From: Ignavibacteria bacterium
GTDB taxonomy: Bacteria; Elusimicrobiota; Endomicrobiia; PHAN01
Assembly (NCBI GenBank): GCA_041694835.1
Contig: JBGFRZ010000082.1
Coordinates: forward strand, 52,266-116,265
Direction: 5' to 3'
Length of the DNA: 64,000 nt
A program made the position numbers and the translations under genes. A model generated the notes under the pieces. It ran no database searches, was not told where the DNA came from, and saw nothing but the letters and a program-made list of their open reading frames with translations. This document shows, in pieces, positions 8,742 through 17,462 of the stretch (the stretch's first letter is position 1; every line of letters starts with the position of its first letter).

Positions 8742-11700
8742 TTTTCCCTCCTGATTTGTTATTTATCTTGTTTGTTAATTCCTTCTCAAAGCTAATCAGA
8801 TTCTCGTTTTTAGGTTCTATGGATATCGCCTTTTTTATCGCCATAAGAGCGTCATCCAGTTTGTCTGTGTTATAAAAGCATAAGGACATATACTGCTGTG
8901 CTTCCGCGCTGGATGGATTATTCCGAGTGAACTCCCTCAGTATTTCCAAAGACTCGGAGTAACTGCCTTGTTCGCAAAGTTCTACGGCTCTTTTCAAAAG
9001 CATCGGTCTGACTTCTTTTGGTGTCTGTCCATAAGAAACCATCTTTCCCATAAAGTCGTCGGCGAATTTCTTAAGATTTTCCCTCATCTCCCGTCGACGA
9101 ATGCTTTCTGCCATTATTTCTTTTGTAGTCATTTGCATACCGGCCTCGAGCACATCGAGTTGATTCATCTTAAGTTCAAGCAGTTTTGTGAATCTATCTT
9201 TTTCCGACATTATAGAGTTTTCAAGTTCTGATATTTCCCGAACCATAGAGATAAGTTCGGTGTTTTTATCCTCATAAAGCTTTAACTGAGCGGATATCTC
9301 CGGAGAATCCTTCATATAAGAGGCTCCCGCATCCGCAAGCTCTTTTCTTAAATTCTCTATGGCTTGAGATGAGAGTTTATGCTGCGACTTATTCTTATCG
9401 ATTGTCTCTTCCAGAACTCCTTTTAGTTCATCAATATATTTTTGGAGCTCTTCTCCGCGCTTTTTTGTTTCATTTTGCAGACGCTCATTTCTCAACTCAA
9501 GTCGTTTTGAGAGGGTGGTTATCTTTTCTTCTTCCATATAGATTTTGTTTTTAGACTCTGACAAATAATCGTTGTATTTCCTGAGAAGTTCCGTCAAATC
9601 TTTTTCGAGCTTTTTCAAGAGGTTCTTGCTTTTTTTCTCATGCCTCAATCGCGCAGTCTCGAACTCGGACTTCGAAAGTGCCACTTTGAGTTTTCTGGAT
9701 TCTATTTCCTTTTCAATCTCTCCGATTATCTTTGCCGAAGAGTTCTCGCTTTCTTTCAACTTACTTTCCCAAAGATTCACTTCGGCGAGGAGCGTTTCTC
9801 TCTCTTTAAGAAGCTTCGCTTCCTGAAGGACCCATTCGGATTCGAGGCGATTTTTTTCATCGTCATATTTTGCCTCTAGTTCTCTTTGCGTTTTTATTTT
9901 CCCGGAAATCGTTTCCCCGGTTTCCTTCTTTAACTTTTCCATTTCAGACGACAACTTTTCCATCTCTCGCTCGATCTTTTCTTTCTCGGCGAGGTGTTCT
10001 TTCGTTATTCGTTGCTCTTCGTCGGTCACATAGGATTCCCATGTTGTTATTTTGTTTCCGAGCTCTTTCATCTCTTCTTCTTTTTGCGATTTTAAATTGC
10101 TCCAGTAATCGCCTTGCTCTCTGATAGTCTTTTGAAGAGTTGATATCTGCTCTTCAAGTCTTTTATTCGTATCAGTCCAGGTTGTCTCTTTATTCTTTAG
10201 TTCATTTTTTGTCTGTTCAAGAGATGCCTGTGATTTATTGATGAACGCATTCAGCTCGCTCGTCTTGGAGCAAAGCGCGGTTTTGCCCGCATTCTGAACT
10301 TCCAAAAAGTTGTTTTGGAGCATCGTCAGTTCTTCGGCCAGAACTTTTCTCTCGTTTTCATAATTTTCGTTTTGCTTTTTTTCCTCCTCGTGCCATGATT
10401 TTTCTCTTAAAGCCATCTGCGTCTTCAGGACATAAAGTTGCCTGTCCAGAATCCTTACTTCATCGCGATTCGTTCCGACTAGAGCTTTTAGCTTATGTTC
10501 TAACTCATCCCTCTTCCTATCAAGCGAATGTTTCTCGGCGGCATAATTCTGTGATGAGTTTTCAAACTTTGTTTTCATTTCATCTTCCAATACTTTTAGA
10601 TTCTGCTGTCCAACTTTCAGTTTTTCTTCAACTTCGGATAACTCTTGCTCCTGCTTGATTTTTATGGCTTTCATCTGGTTTTCAAGATTTTCTTTCCTTT
10701 TTTCAATTCTTTTGACGAACTGCTCATGCGATTGAAAATATGAATCTCTATTTTTTGTGTAATTATCCTCCTGTTCCTTCAATTTCGCATTTAGTTCCTG
10801 AATCTGCTGCTGCCTTGTGGCAACCATCCCCGGATGTTTTTCTTCCAACTGCGCAAGTTCCATTTCATTCGATGTAATTTTGGAAATCAGCAGTTCTTTG
10901 ACTTTATTAAACTCGCTTTCCATATGATTCAACCTGGCTTTATACTCCTGTTCAAACCTCAAGTGGTCCGACTTAAGCTTTTCAATTTCACGCTTTTTCT
11001 CCGCCAGCAACTCCGCATGGCGGGATTTCATCTCTTCCGATTCATTTTCAATCTTTTCTATTTCCTCATTTATGAGCTTTTTTTCATTTTCATTTTCTAA
11101 CTCAAGAATTTTTATTTCTTTTTCATATTTGTGAATGTTGGTTTCACGAGATGCGTTTAAAAAAGTTATCTTGTTATCGAACTCTATTAAGATATCAGCA
11201 TGTTTTTTTCTTGTTTCATCAAGTTTTTTTGAAGATTCTTCGAGTTTTTTTCTGACCAACTCAAGCTCCGCGCTTATTATGCTCTCCTTTTCTTCTATCT
11301 CATATTTATTTGCCGAAATTAAATCATTCACTTTTTTACTTATCGCTTGTATATGTCTTTCGGACTCCGAAATTTCACTTTCGCATTTTTCTTTAAAAAA
11401 ATTAAACCCGACTTTCGTCCTTTCAAGCGACTCTATCGCTATCTTCTTCTTGCCTTCAAGTTCAAAGCGGGTGGCGTCCAAATTTTTTTGTAACACCGCT
11501 GTCTTTTCCAAAAGAACTTTTTCTAACTGATTGTTCTCATCGTTTTTCGCGCTTACGGTCTCATCAAATCTCTTTTGTTCTGAAATCACCACACTATTCA
11601 ATTCCTCTATTTTAGCCTCAATACTTCCTTTTTCTTCTTTTAGTTTTACATTAAAACTTTCAAGCGCAAGAGAATGATTTTTCTTTTCATCTTCCATCTT

Positions 11701-13581
11701 TTGCATCAAAGACTGATGGACATTTTCAAGTTCCTTCATGTTTTTTGAATGTTCTTTTTCAAGCGATATTTTTTGAGAGTCAATCTCGTCTATGTCGGCC
11801 TTTATTGAATCGATTTCGGCCGAGAGTTTATCGACTGACTGATGGTATCTACTTTCAAGCATATTTTCCTGATGGGCAAAACGTTGCTTCAAACTTAAAT
11901 AATCTCTTTCCTTTTCTGCCATCTTCTGCTTAAAATCCATCTCAAGACGCGCTTTTTTACTTTCAGCGACCTTCAGCTTTTCTTTATAAGGTTCAACTTC
12001 CACAAAAAGTTTCTTTTTAGCGTTCTCAAAAGACCTGGTGCTTTCCAAAAGTTCCGCTTCCACTGAATTTTTTGCGGCTTCAACCTGGGATTTCTTTTGA
12101 GAAAGAAGTGAAGAGTACTCCGTCTTTATTTTCGAAAAATCTTCCTGGAACTTTTGATATTTATCCTCGATGAGTTTTTTCTCCTCGGAAAGAATTTCAA
12201 TTTGATGTTTATGTTGAAGATTCTTCTGTTCCTGGTTCGATTGCCAATCGTTTTTGAACTTTTCCATCTCTTCGTACTTTCCGGAGAGTTCACTTTGATA
12301 TTCTATTTTCTGGTTCAAAACTTCTTTTTCAAGATCAGTACATCTCAAAGAGATTCTCTTTTTTTCATTTTCAATATTTGTTTTGTATTTTTCTATTTCT
12401 GCGTTTTTCTCCCTTATCTTTATTTGAGCCTGGATTTTAATGTCTTCTATATCCTGATCCGCGACTCTTATCATATTCTCCCATTCGGATTTTTCCTGCT
12501 CATATTTCTGATGAAGCTCCTTGAGCTGTTTTTCAGCCAGAGATTTTGCCTCTTTGAACTCGTTGAAACGTTTTTCGCGAGCGGAACTTTCCTGCGTTTC
12601 CTGAAGCATCATGTCAATTTTTAGTTTATTGAAAGCATCTTCCCTCTCTTTCAATAGTTTCTCGTATTTCTCCTTTTCGGAAAGCGACTCCCTTTCCATC
12701 TCACTCATCTGAGCCACTAACTTTTCTTTTAAATCCTTAAGCAATATCTTTTTCGCATTCAGTTCCTGCTCATATATTATCTGACGCTGTTTCAAAGCCG
12801 AGCTGAATGCAAGCAATCCCTCTTTTTTATCGTTATAAATTTTCTGGAAGTTTGCTCTCATTTCGGAAAGATTTTTTTCAACACCATTCAACTGATTATT
12901 GTAATTGCCTTCTAATTCTTTTTTCTCCCGATGAAATTTTTCCTCTTCCTGCCGGGACTGGTTGACTCTGAGGGATATCTGTGCTTTTAATGCCACGATT
13001 TCCTCTTCCCTGCCTTTCAGTCTTGTTACAAATTCCCCTATTTCCTGCTGTGCTTTTTTCTCGAAGGCAAGAAGCTGACTTTCTATCTCTCTTAATTCCT
13101 GAGTGGATGAAATTATCTCTTTTTCATCTTCGGCTTTTTTTTCGTTTTCCCTGGTTTGCAAATTTACTTTTGTTTCGTCTATCTCGGTTATGATAGCTCT
13201 GATTTTTTGACCCCACTCTTTATCCTCTTCTTCTATCTTGCGCTCAACCCTTTGCAGTTCGTCATTCCATTTTTTTCTAAGCGAATTTATCGAGTCCTGA
13301 TGAAGTTGCATGTTGTTTGAAAGTTCGAGTTCAACAAGTTCAAGATGGATGGAAAGTTTTATTTTTTCATCTTCTTTCTCTTTTTCTTTCTTCCTGTAAT
13401 TTTCCCGCTCAACTTCGAGCATCTTTTCTATGTTTTCAAGTTGCTCACGCGCCGTTTTTTTTATGCTTTGTAAATCATGGCTGGCGGTAAGCTCTATCTT
13501 TTTCTCGTCGCACTCAATATCCGATGTCGCTTTTTTTTCGGCGACTGGTTCCTCTTTGTGTTTGATTAGCCACTTCCACAT
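8731..13581 (-). CDS. giant coiled-coil protein (1616 aa) with C-terminal TPR-like repeats
   Basis: Track ORF. It reads as ~1500 aa of SMC/myosin-tail-like coiled coil followed by LEILREFTRNNPSSAEAQQYMSLCFYNTDKLDDALMAIKKAISIEPKN (TPR). Confidence 0.5.
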   Translation of the reverse strand: MWKWLIKHKEEPVAEKKATSDIECDEKKIELTASHDLQSIKKTAREQLENIEKMLEVERENYRKKEKEKEDEKIKLSIHLELVELELSNNMQLHQDSINSLRKKWNDELQRVERKIEEEDKEWGQKIRAIITEIDETKVNLQTRENEKKAEDEKEIISSTQELREIESQLLAFEKKAQQEIGEFVTRLKGREEEIVALKAQISLRVNQSRQEEEKFHREKKELEGNYNNQLNGVEKNLSEMRANFQKIYNDKKEGLLAFSSALKQRQIIYEQELNAKKILLKDLKEKLVAQMSEMERESLSEKEKYEKLLKEREDAFNKLKIDMMLQETQESSAREKRFNEFKEAKSLAEKQLKELHQKYEQEKSEWENMIRVADQDIEDIKIQAQIKIREKNAEIEKYKTNIENEKKRISLRCTDLEKEVLNQKIEYQSELSGKYEEMEKFKNDWQSNQEQKNLQHKHQIEILSEEKKLIEDKYQKFQEDFSKIKTEYSSLLSQKKSQVEAAKNSVEAELLESTRSFENAKKKLFVEVEPYKEKLKVAESKKARLEMDFKQKMAEKERDYLSLKQRFAHQENMLESRYHQSVDKLSAEIDSIKADIDEIDSQKISLEKEHSKNMKELENVHQSLMQKMEDEKKNHSLALESFNVKLKEEKGSIEAKIEELNSVVISEQKRFDETVSAKNDENNQLEKVLLEKTAVLQKNLDATRFELEGKKKIAIESLERTKVGFNFFKEKCESEISESERHIQAISKKVNDLISANKYEIEEKESIISAELELVRKKLEESSKKLDETRKKHADILIEFDNKITFLNASRETNIHKYEKEIKILELENENEKKLINEEIEKIENESEEMKSRHAELLAEKKREIEKLKSDHLRFEQEYKARLNHMESEFNKVKELLISKITSNEMELAQLEEKHPGMVATRQQQIQELNAKLKEQEDNYTKNRDSYFQSHEQFVKRIEKRKENLENQMKAIKIKQEQELSEVEEKLKVGQQNLKVLEDEMKTKFENSSQNYAAEKHSLDRKRDELEHKLKALVGTNRDEVRILDRQLYVLKTQMALREKSWHEEEKKQNENYENERKVLAEELTMLQNNFLEVQNAGKTALCSKTSELNAFINKSQASLEQTKNELKNKETTWTDTNKRLEEQISTLQKTIREQGDYWSNLKSQKEEEMKELGNKITTWESYVTDEEQRITKEHLAEKEKIEREMEKLSSEMEKLKKETGETISGKIKTQRELEAKYDDEKNRLESEWVLQEAKLLKERETLLAEVNLWESKLKESENSSAKIIGEIEKEIESRKLKVALSKSEFETARLRHEKKSKNLLKKLEKDLTELLRKYNDYLSESKNKIYMEEEKITTLSKRLELRNERLQNETKKRGEELQKYIDELKGVLEETIDKNKSQHKLSSQAIENLRKELADAGASYMKDSPEISAQLKLYEDKNTELISMVREISELENSIMSEKDRFTKLLELKMNQLDVLEAGMQMTTKEIMAESIRRREMRENLKKFADDFMGKMVSYGQTPKEVRPMLLKRAVELCEQGSYSESLEILREFTRNNPSSAEAQQYMSLCFYNTDKLDDALMAIKKAISIEPKNENLISFEKELTNKINNKSGGKNGR

Positions 13582-13596
13582 ATTATTCCTCCGCTT

Positions 13597-15411
13597 TTAT
13601 TTTCTTGATGCCTCGAGTTTTATCTGTTCAATAAAGTTTGACAGCTCCGTGTCATTTGGGTTTATGTTTAACACCGCTTCATAATTTGCAATCGCTTCGT
13701 CATATCTTCCGAGAGCATAATATGAAGCGGCAATATAACTGTAGGCGTCGGTCAAAGTGTTGTCGATTGAAAGGACGTACTCAAGATAGCTTATGGCATC
13801 CTCATAGTTTCCCGCTTCATAACTGGAGAGTCCTGCCTGATAGTAATCCGCAGCGTCACCTTCCGAAGGAGCGGCTTCTTCGTCAACAACCTCTTCACCC
13901 TCAAGAGCGCTGCTTTTCGGCTTTTCTCTTATAAAGATTTTACCGTCATCTTCAAGTTTTCTTATGACATCCATTATTTTCTTTCTTCCTTCTTCTGTCT
14001 GTAACGGCGTTACGGATTGGGTGTACTGCATTTCTTCTTGAATAAGTTGGACCGCGTTAGACGACATGTTGGCAAAAAACTTATTTACCACATCCTGAGG
14101 CACTCCTTTGAGTGAGCGGGCAAGAAGTTCCGAATTTTTCAAATCTGGAAAGTTAAGTATTGTCTGCATCGTCTGATCCGTGAAGTTCTTAATGTCATCA
14201 AACTTCAATATAAACTTTCTGACCCTGTCGTAGAGTTCCGGTTTTTCGTTCTGTAGATAATCCAGTATGTTGTCCCTTGTTACGTTGTCAACCTGATCAA
14301 GCACTTTCAAAAGATGCTCTATGCCGCCTATTAGGAAGTCTATCTTTTCTTTTATGTCGTCGTCTATCTTCATTACCTTATCCCTCGTCATCTGTCTTAT
14401 GGTCGCCATCTCTATGGCCACCTGCGACTGAACCTGCGCCGAAAGGCTGAGAAGTATCTCTTTGACATGCTCGGGTTTAAGATAACTTATTACGAGAGCT
14501 ATTATTCTTGCGCTTTCTTTCCTTATTAAATATATAAGTCTTTTAAGATTTTCGTCATCTACATAGTGAAACGGTTTGTACTTTTTTTTCTCCTCTTCCA
14601 GCGCTTCAAGCTCAGCCGCAGAAAGAGCGCCGCCTCCGCCTCCTCCTTCACCGCCTTCTGGCTCCCCCTCGGGGTTTTCGAATTTTGAATCCACGGTAAC
14701 TTCTGTTCCGCCCTTTTCCCTCATCGTTTTTACATATGCACGGAAAAAGCCAGCAAGAGGACCGAAAAGAAAAAATAAAAGAAGAAATGCTATAACAAGA
14801 GGTATCAAAACAAGCGGCTTCAGCAGCTCTTCAAAAAATCCCGTCGTGAATTTTGTTTTCTTAAAATCTATCCGGTCACCGCGCTTTTGATCTATTCTGA
14901 GAGCGGAAGTAATAGCATCTTTTACGGCTTCAAGTTTCGACTCGGGAACTTTTTCATCGTGCAAAACAGTCACTATCTGTTTTTTCAGAGCAATTTTGAC
15001 CTCGACAGTTATTTTTTCCTGCTGGCCGGCCTCTTCTTTCGATTCGCCGACTTGATCCGCTTGAGAAACCGCTCTGGGCGCCGGAACACCCGGCAGCAGA
15101 TACTCCACCTCGCCTATCGGCTTCTTTTTTTCGGCCTTTCTTTCCCTGACGAAGGTTTTTCTGGTTATCGTATCAAGACCGAATTCGACATCGACTATGG
15201 CTATCGCTTTATCCGGTCCAAGTATCCTGTCAAGGATGTCTTTCTGAACGTACTCCGTCTTTTCTTTTTCGTACTTGAGTTCATGTTCTATCAGTGAGAT
15301 TTCCGCAGACTGCGGGGTCATCTGTCCATAAAGATAAACAAAAGAAGAAAGAGCCAGTAAAAGTGCCACCGCGCTTTGTTTCAAATTTTTAAGCTGTTTT
15401 AATTTTTTCAT
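13597..15411 (-). CDS. membrane protein fusing FliF/YscJ-like periplasmic ring-building motif, TM helix, FliG-like middle+C-terminal domains and C-terminal TPR repeats (604 aa)
   Basis: N-terminal signal/TM anchor MKKLKQLKNLKQSAVALLLALSSF. The periplasmic segments AIAIVDVEFGLDTITRKTFVRERK and ITVEVKIALKKQIVTVLHDEKVPESKLEAVKDAITSALRIDQKRGDRIDF resemble FliF ring-building regions (compare SARVHLAMPKPSLFVREQK and VTVTLEPG...VVHLVSSAVAGL). A second TM helix is PLVLIPLVIAFLLLFFLFGPLAGFF, followed by a Gly-rich linker. Then ESARIIALVISYLKPEHVKEILLSLSAQVQSQVAIEMATI ... DIKNFTDQTMQTILNFPDLKNSELLARSLKGVPQDVVNKFFANMSSNAVQLIQEEMQY..EEGRKKIMDVIRKLEDDGKIFI follows the FliG/MgtE-N fold pattern. TPR repeats lie at the C-terminus. 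Confidence 0.5.
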   Translation of the reverse strand: MKKLKQLKNLKQSAVALLLALSSFVYLYGQMTPQSAEISLIEHELKYEKEKTEYVQKDILDRILGPDKAIAIVDVEFGLDTITRKTFVRERKAEKKKPIGEVEYLLPGVPAPRAVSQADQVGESKEEAGQQEKITVEVKIALKKQIVTVLHDEKVPESKLEAVKDAITSALRIDQKRGDRIDFKKTKFTTGFFEELLKPLVLIPLVIAFLLLFFLFGPLAGFFRAYVKTMREKGGTEVTVDSKFENPEGEPEGGEGGGGGGALSAAELEALEEEKKKYKPFHYVDDENLKRLIYLIRKESARIIALVISYLKPEHVKEILLSLSAQVQSQVAIEMATIRQMTRDKVMKIDDDIKEKIDFLIGGIEHLLKVLDQVDNVTRDNILDYLQNEKPELYDRVRKFILKFDDIKNFTDQTMQTILNFPDLKNSELLARSLKGVPQDVVNKFFANMSSNAVQLIQEEMQYTQSVTPLQTEEGRKKIMDVIRKLEDDGKIFIREKPKSSALEGEEVVDEEAAPSEGDAADYYQAGLSSYEAGNYEDAISYLEYVLSIDNTLTDAYSYIAASYYALGRYDEAIANYEAVLNINPNDTELSNFIEQIKLEASRK

Positions 15412-15422
15412 ATATTTACCCT

Positions 15423-17057
15423 TTATCTAAGTTGGTTCAGGAACTGCGGAACCACTCTGTTTGTTGGATCTATTTCGAGCACCCGCATCCAGACCTCTTT
15501 TGCTTTTTCCGGCTGATCCATCATAAAGAAAGCGCTTCCCATAATTTCGTAAGCTGTCACATGGTTCGGTTCAAGATTCAGCACTTCCTGGGCTTTAATA
15601 AGGGCTTTGTCATATTTGCCGTCTATTATGGCTTGTCTTGCGTCGAAGATCTTCTGATCTATTATAGTAAATCCTGCGATTGTTTCCTTGAATGCTTCCG
15701 TAGGCGGGATGCCCATTTCTTTTTCAATCCTGTTCAACAAAGCAAGTAGCTTCATGTTCTCGGGTTTTTTGTAATAAGCATATCTGAAAGAGTTTATGGC
15801 GCCCGTGTCGTCGCCTTCTATATATGCTACAATCCCTTTTCTTGTCGCTACGGCATCTTCAGTATCTCCTACCACAGTGTCTATGTGACCTATTATTACC
15901 TGTAGTTTTTTGGACATATTCTGTGCATCTTTATTGGCCGGGTCTATATCAAGAAGTTTTTCAAGTCGATTGTGGGAAAGAAGCATGTCTCCTTTTCTGT
16001 AGGATTCTATAGCTTCTTTCATAAGACGCACCACTATAGCCGCTCTGTTAGCGCTTACCGATTCCCCTATTTTCCACGAACCGGATATTCTATGTGAAAG
16101 TCCGAGCTCATGCAAAGCAAACGCATAATCAAGCCCGTAATCTTTATATTTGAAACCAAAACCAGCGGTTGTCTCTCTTATTCTACCTTCGCCCTCGAAT
16201 CCGAGACGCATGGCAAGATAATTCATAAGCCAGTATTCTGTCCCTATGTGCCAGCCGAGATTTGCGTTAAGCGATTTTTCAATATCAAACGCCAGTAAAA
16301 ACTTTTTTTTCATAAACGGATGGGCCGCGCCGACTCTGAATATCATAGGAAGTTTGTCTTCCGTATCGCCAAAGCTCGTAGAAATTATGTTCCTGACACC
16401 GAAAGCAATTTTTATATCGGGCAACGTGTCATTTACTCCTTCAAGGAGCAGCGCAAGATCGAATGTTAGGGCTCCGCTTATAGAATCGGCCAGAGCATGG
16501 TTCATGTACTTCCCAGAAAGACCTATGGAGAGATTTTCTCTTATTCTTCTGCCGTATGCTGCCATTAAAGCCAGACGGGAATCTTCAAATGTGCCTAAAT
16601 TTTCAATCTTAACTATGTCCTGTGTAGTTGGGTCTATGTTTATCGCTATTTTTTCAAAACCGCCCGAGTGGAGACGGACGATGTTTGCTCCGAAAACTCC
16701 CAACTTTGCGGTTGGATGCACATACGACAGAAAGTTATAGTTGGTATCGGCAAAAAGCGTGGCATGGAGAGCCATAACTTCTTTCCTGTCAAGCTGGGTC
16801 AGAGCTGCCGGATTCCAGTAAGTAGCGGAGGCATCGTCGGAAACCGCGAAAAACGCTTTTCCCATACCAAGTGATTTAGCGCCAGCACCCCATGAAAGGA
16901 ACTGCCCAGGCTGGCCGCCGGTGGCAGCGGCAAAGACAGAGGATAGCGGCGAGAGACAAGAGACGAGAGAACAAATAAAAACAAAAGCCATCCCTGACAA
17001 AGTTTTTGCGACTTTGTTCGCTAGTTTTGTCGAGAGTTTTGTTTTTGAATTTTTCAT
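15423..17057 (-). CDS. FadL/OmpP1/PorV-like outer-membrane beta-barrel with C-terminal TPR domain (544 aa)
   Basis: A signal peptide is followed by GAKSLGMGKAFFAVSDDASATYWNPAAL, the FadL-family N-terminal signature. The body is beta-strand-rich. The C-terminal ~200 aa are TPR repeats. Confidence 0.55.
   Translation of the reverse strand: MKNSKTKLSTKLANKVAKTLSGMAFVFICSLVSCLSPLSSVFAAATGGQPGQFLSWGAGAKSLGMGKAFFAVSDDASATYWNPAALTQLDRKEVMALHATLFADTNYNFLSYVHPTAKLGVFGANIVRLHSGGFEKIAINIDPTTQDIVKIENLGTFEDSRLALMAAYGRRIRENLSIGLSGKYMNHALADSISGALTFDLALLLEGVNDTLPDIKIAFGVRNIISTSFGDTEDKLPMIFRVGAAHPFMKKKFLLAFDIEKSLNANLGWHIGTEYWLMNYLAMRLGFEGEGRIRETTAGFGFKYKDYGLDYAFALHELGLSHRISGSWKIGESVSANRAAIVVRLMKEAIESYRKGDMLLSHNRLEKLLDIDPANKDAQNMSKKLQVIIGHIDTVVGDTEDAVATRKGIVAYIEGDDTGAINSFRYAYYKKPENMKLLALLNRIEKEMGIPPTEAFKETIAGFTIIDQKIFDARQAIIDGKYDKALIKAQEVLNLEPNHVTAYEIMGSAFFMMDQPEKAKEVWMRVLEIDPTNRVVPQFLNQLR
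16911..16991. repeat. pyrimidine/purine-skewed low-complexity tract (ggcagcggcaaagacagaggatagcggcgagagacaagagacgagagaacaaa) encoding the signal-peptide h-region MAFVFICSLVSCLSPLSSVFAAATGG
   Basis: Direct reading of the DNA and its minus-strand translation. Confidence 0.55.
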
Positions 17058-17093
17058 TTCATCAAACCCTGTCCTCTACTCTCTCCTCCGCTT

Positions 17094-17462
17094 TTAATGT
17101 ATGACTCCAATTTTTCTTAAAGCCACTATCTTCCCGCCATCGACGGAAACCACACAGATATATCCGCCCTTGGCGACGTAATGACCGTTTTCGTCGCGAC
17201 CGTCCCACAGGATTGTATCTCCAAAAAATTCGAGATGCTTGACGGGGCGGCCAAAAAGATCGAAAATTTTTACCGCAATTCCAACGTCGGTCTGATTTGA
17301 TTTTTTTACAAGGATGCTTGTGGAAGTTTTTCTCGAATCGAACGGATTGGGATAGTTTGAAAGAAATATGTCAGAAGATGATGCGACGGATGCCGTCAAC
17401 AAAAGAATTGATGAGGCGAAAGGGATAAGTAAAAGATAATTTAAAAAGTTGATGTGCTTCAT
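17094..17462 (-). CDS. small secreted protein consisting of a signal peptide plus T9SS type-A C-terminal sorting domain (FlgD-Ig-like CTD) only (122 aa)
   Basis: LSNYPNPFDS...VKIFDLFGRPV..L....ILWDGRDENGHYVAKGGYICVV...KIVALRKIGVIH matches the TIGR04183/PF13860 CTD pattern. It is the first gene of the operon. Confidence 0.5.
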   Translation of the reverse strand: MKHINFLNYLLLIPFASSILLLTASVASSSDIFLSNYPNPFDSRKTSTSILVKKSNQTDVGIAVKIFDLFGRPVKHLEFFGDTILWDGRDENGHYVAKGGYICVVSVDGGKIVALRKIGVIH

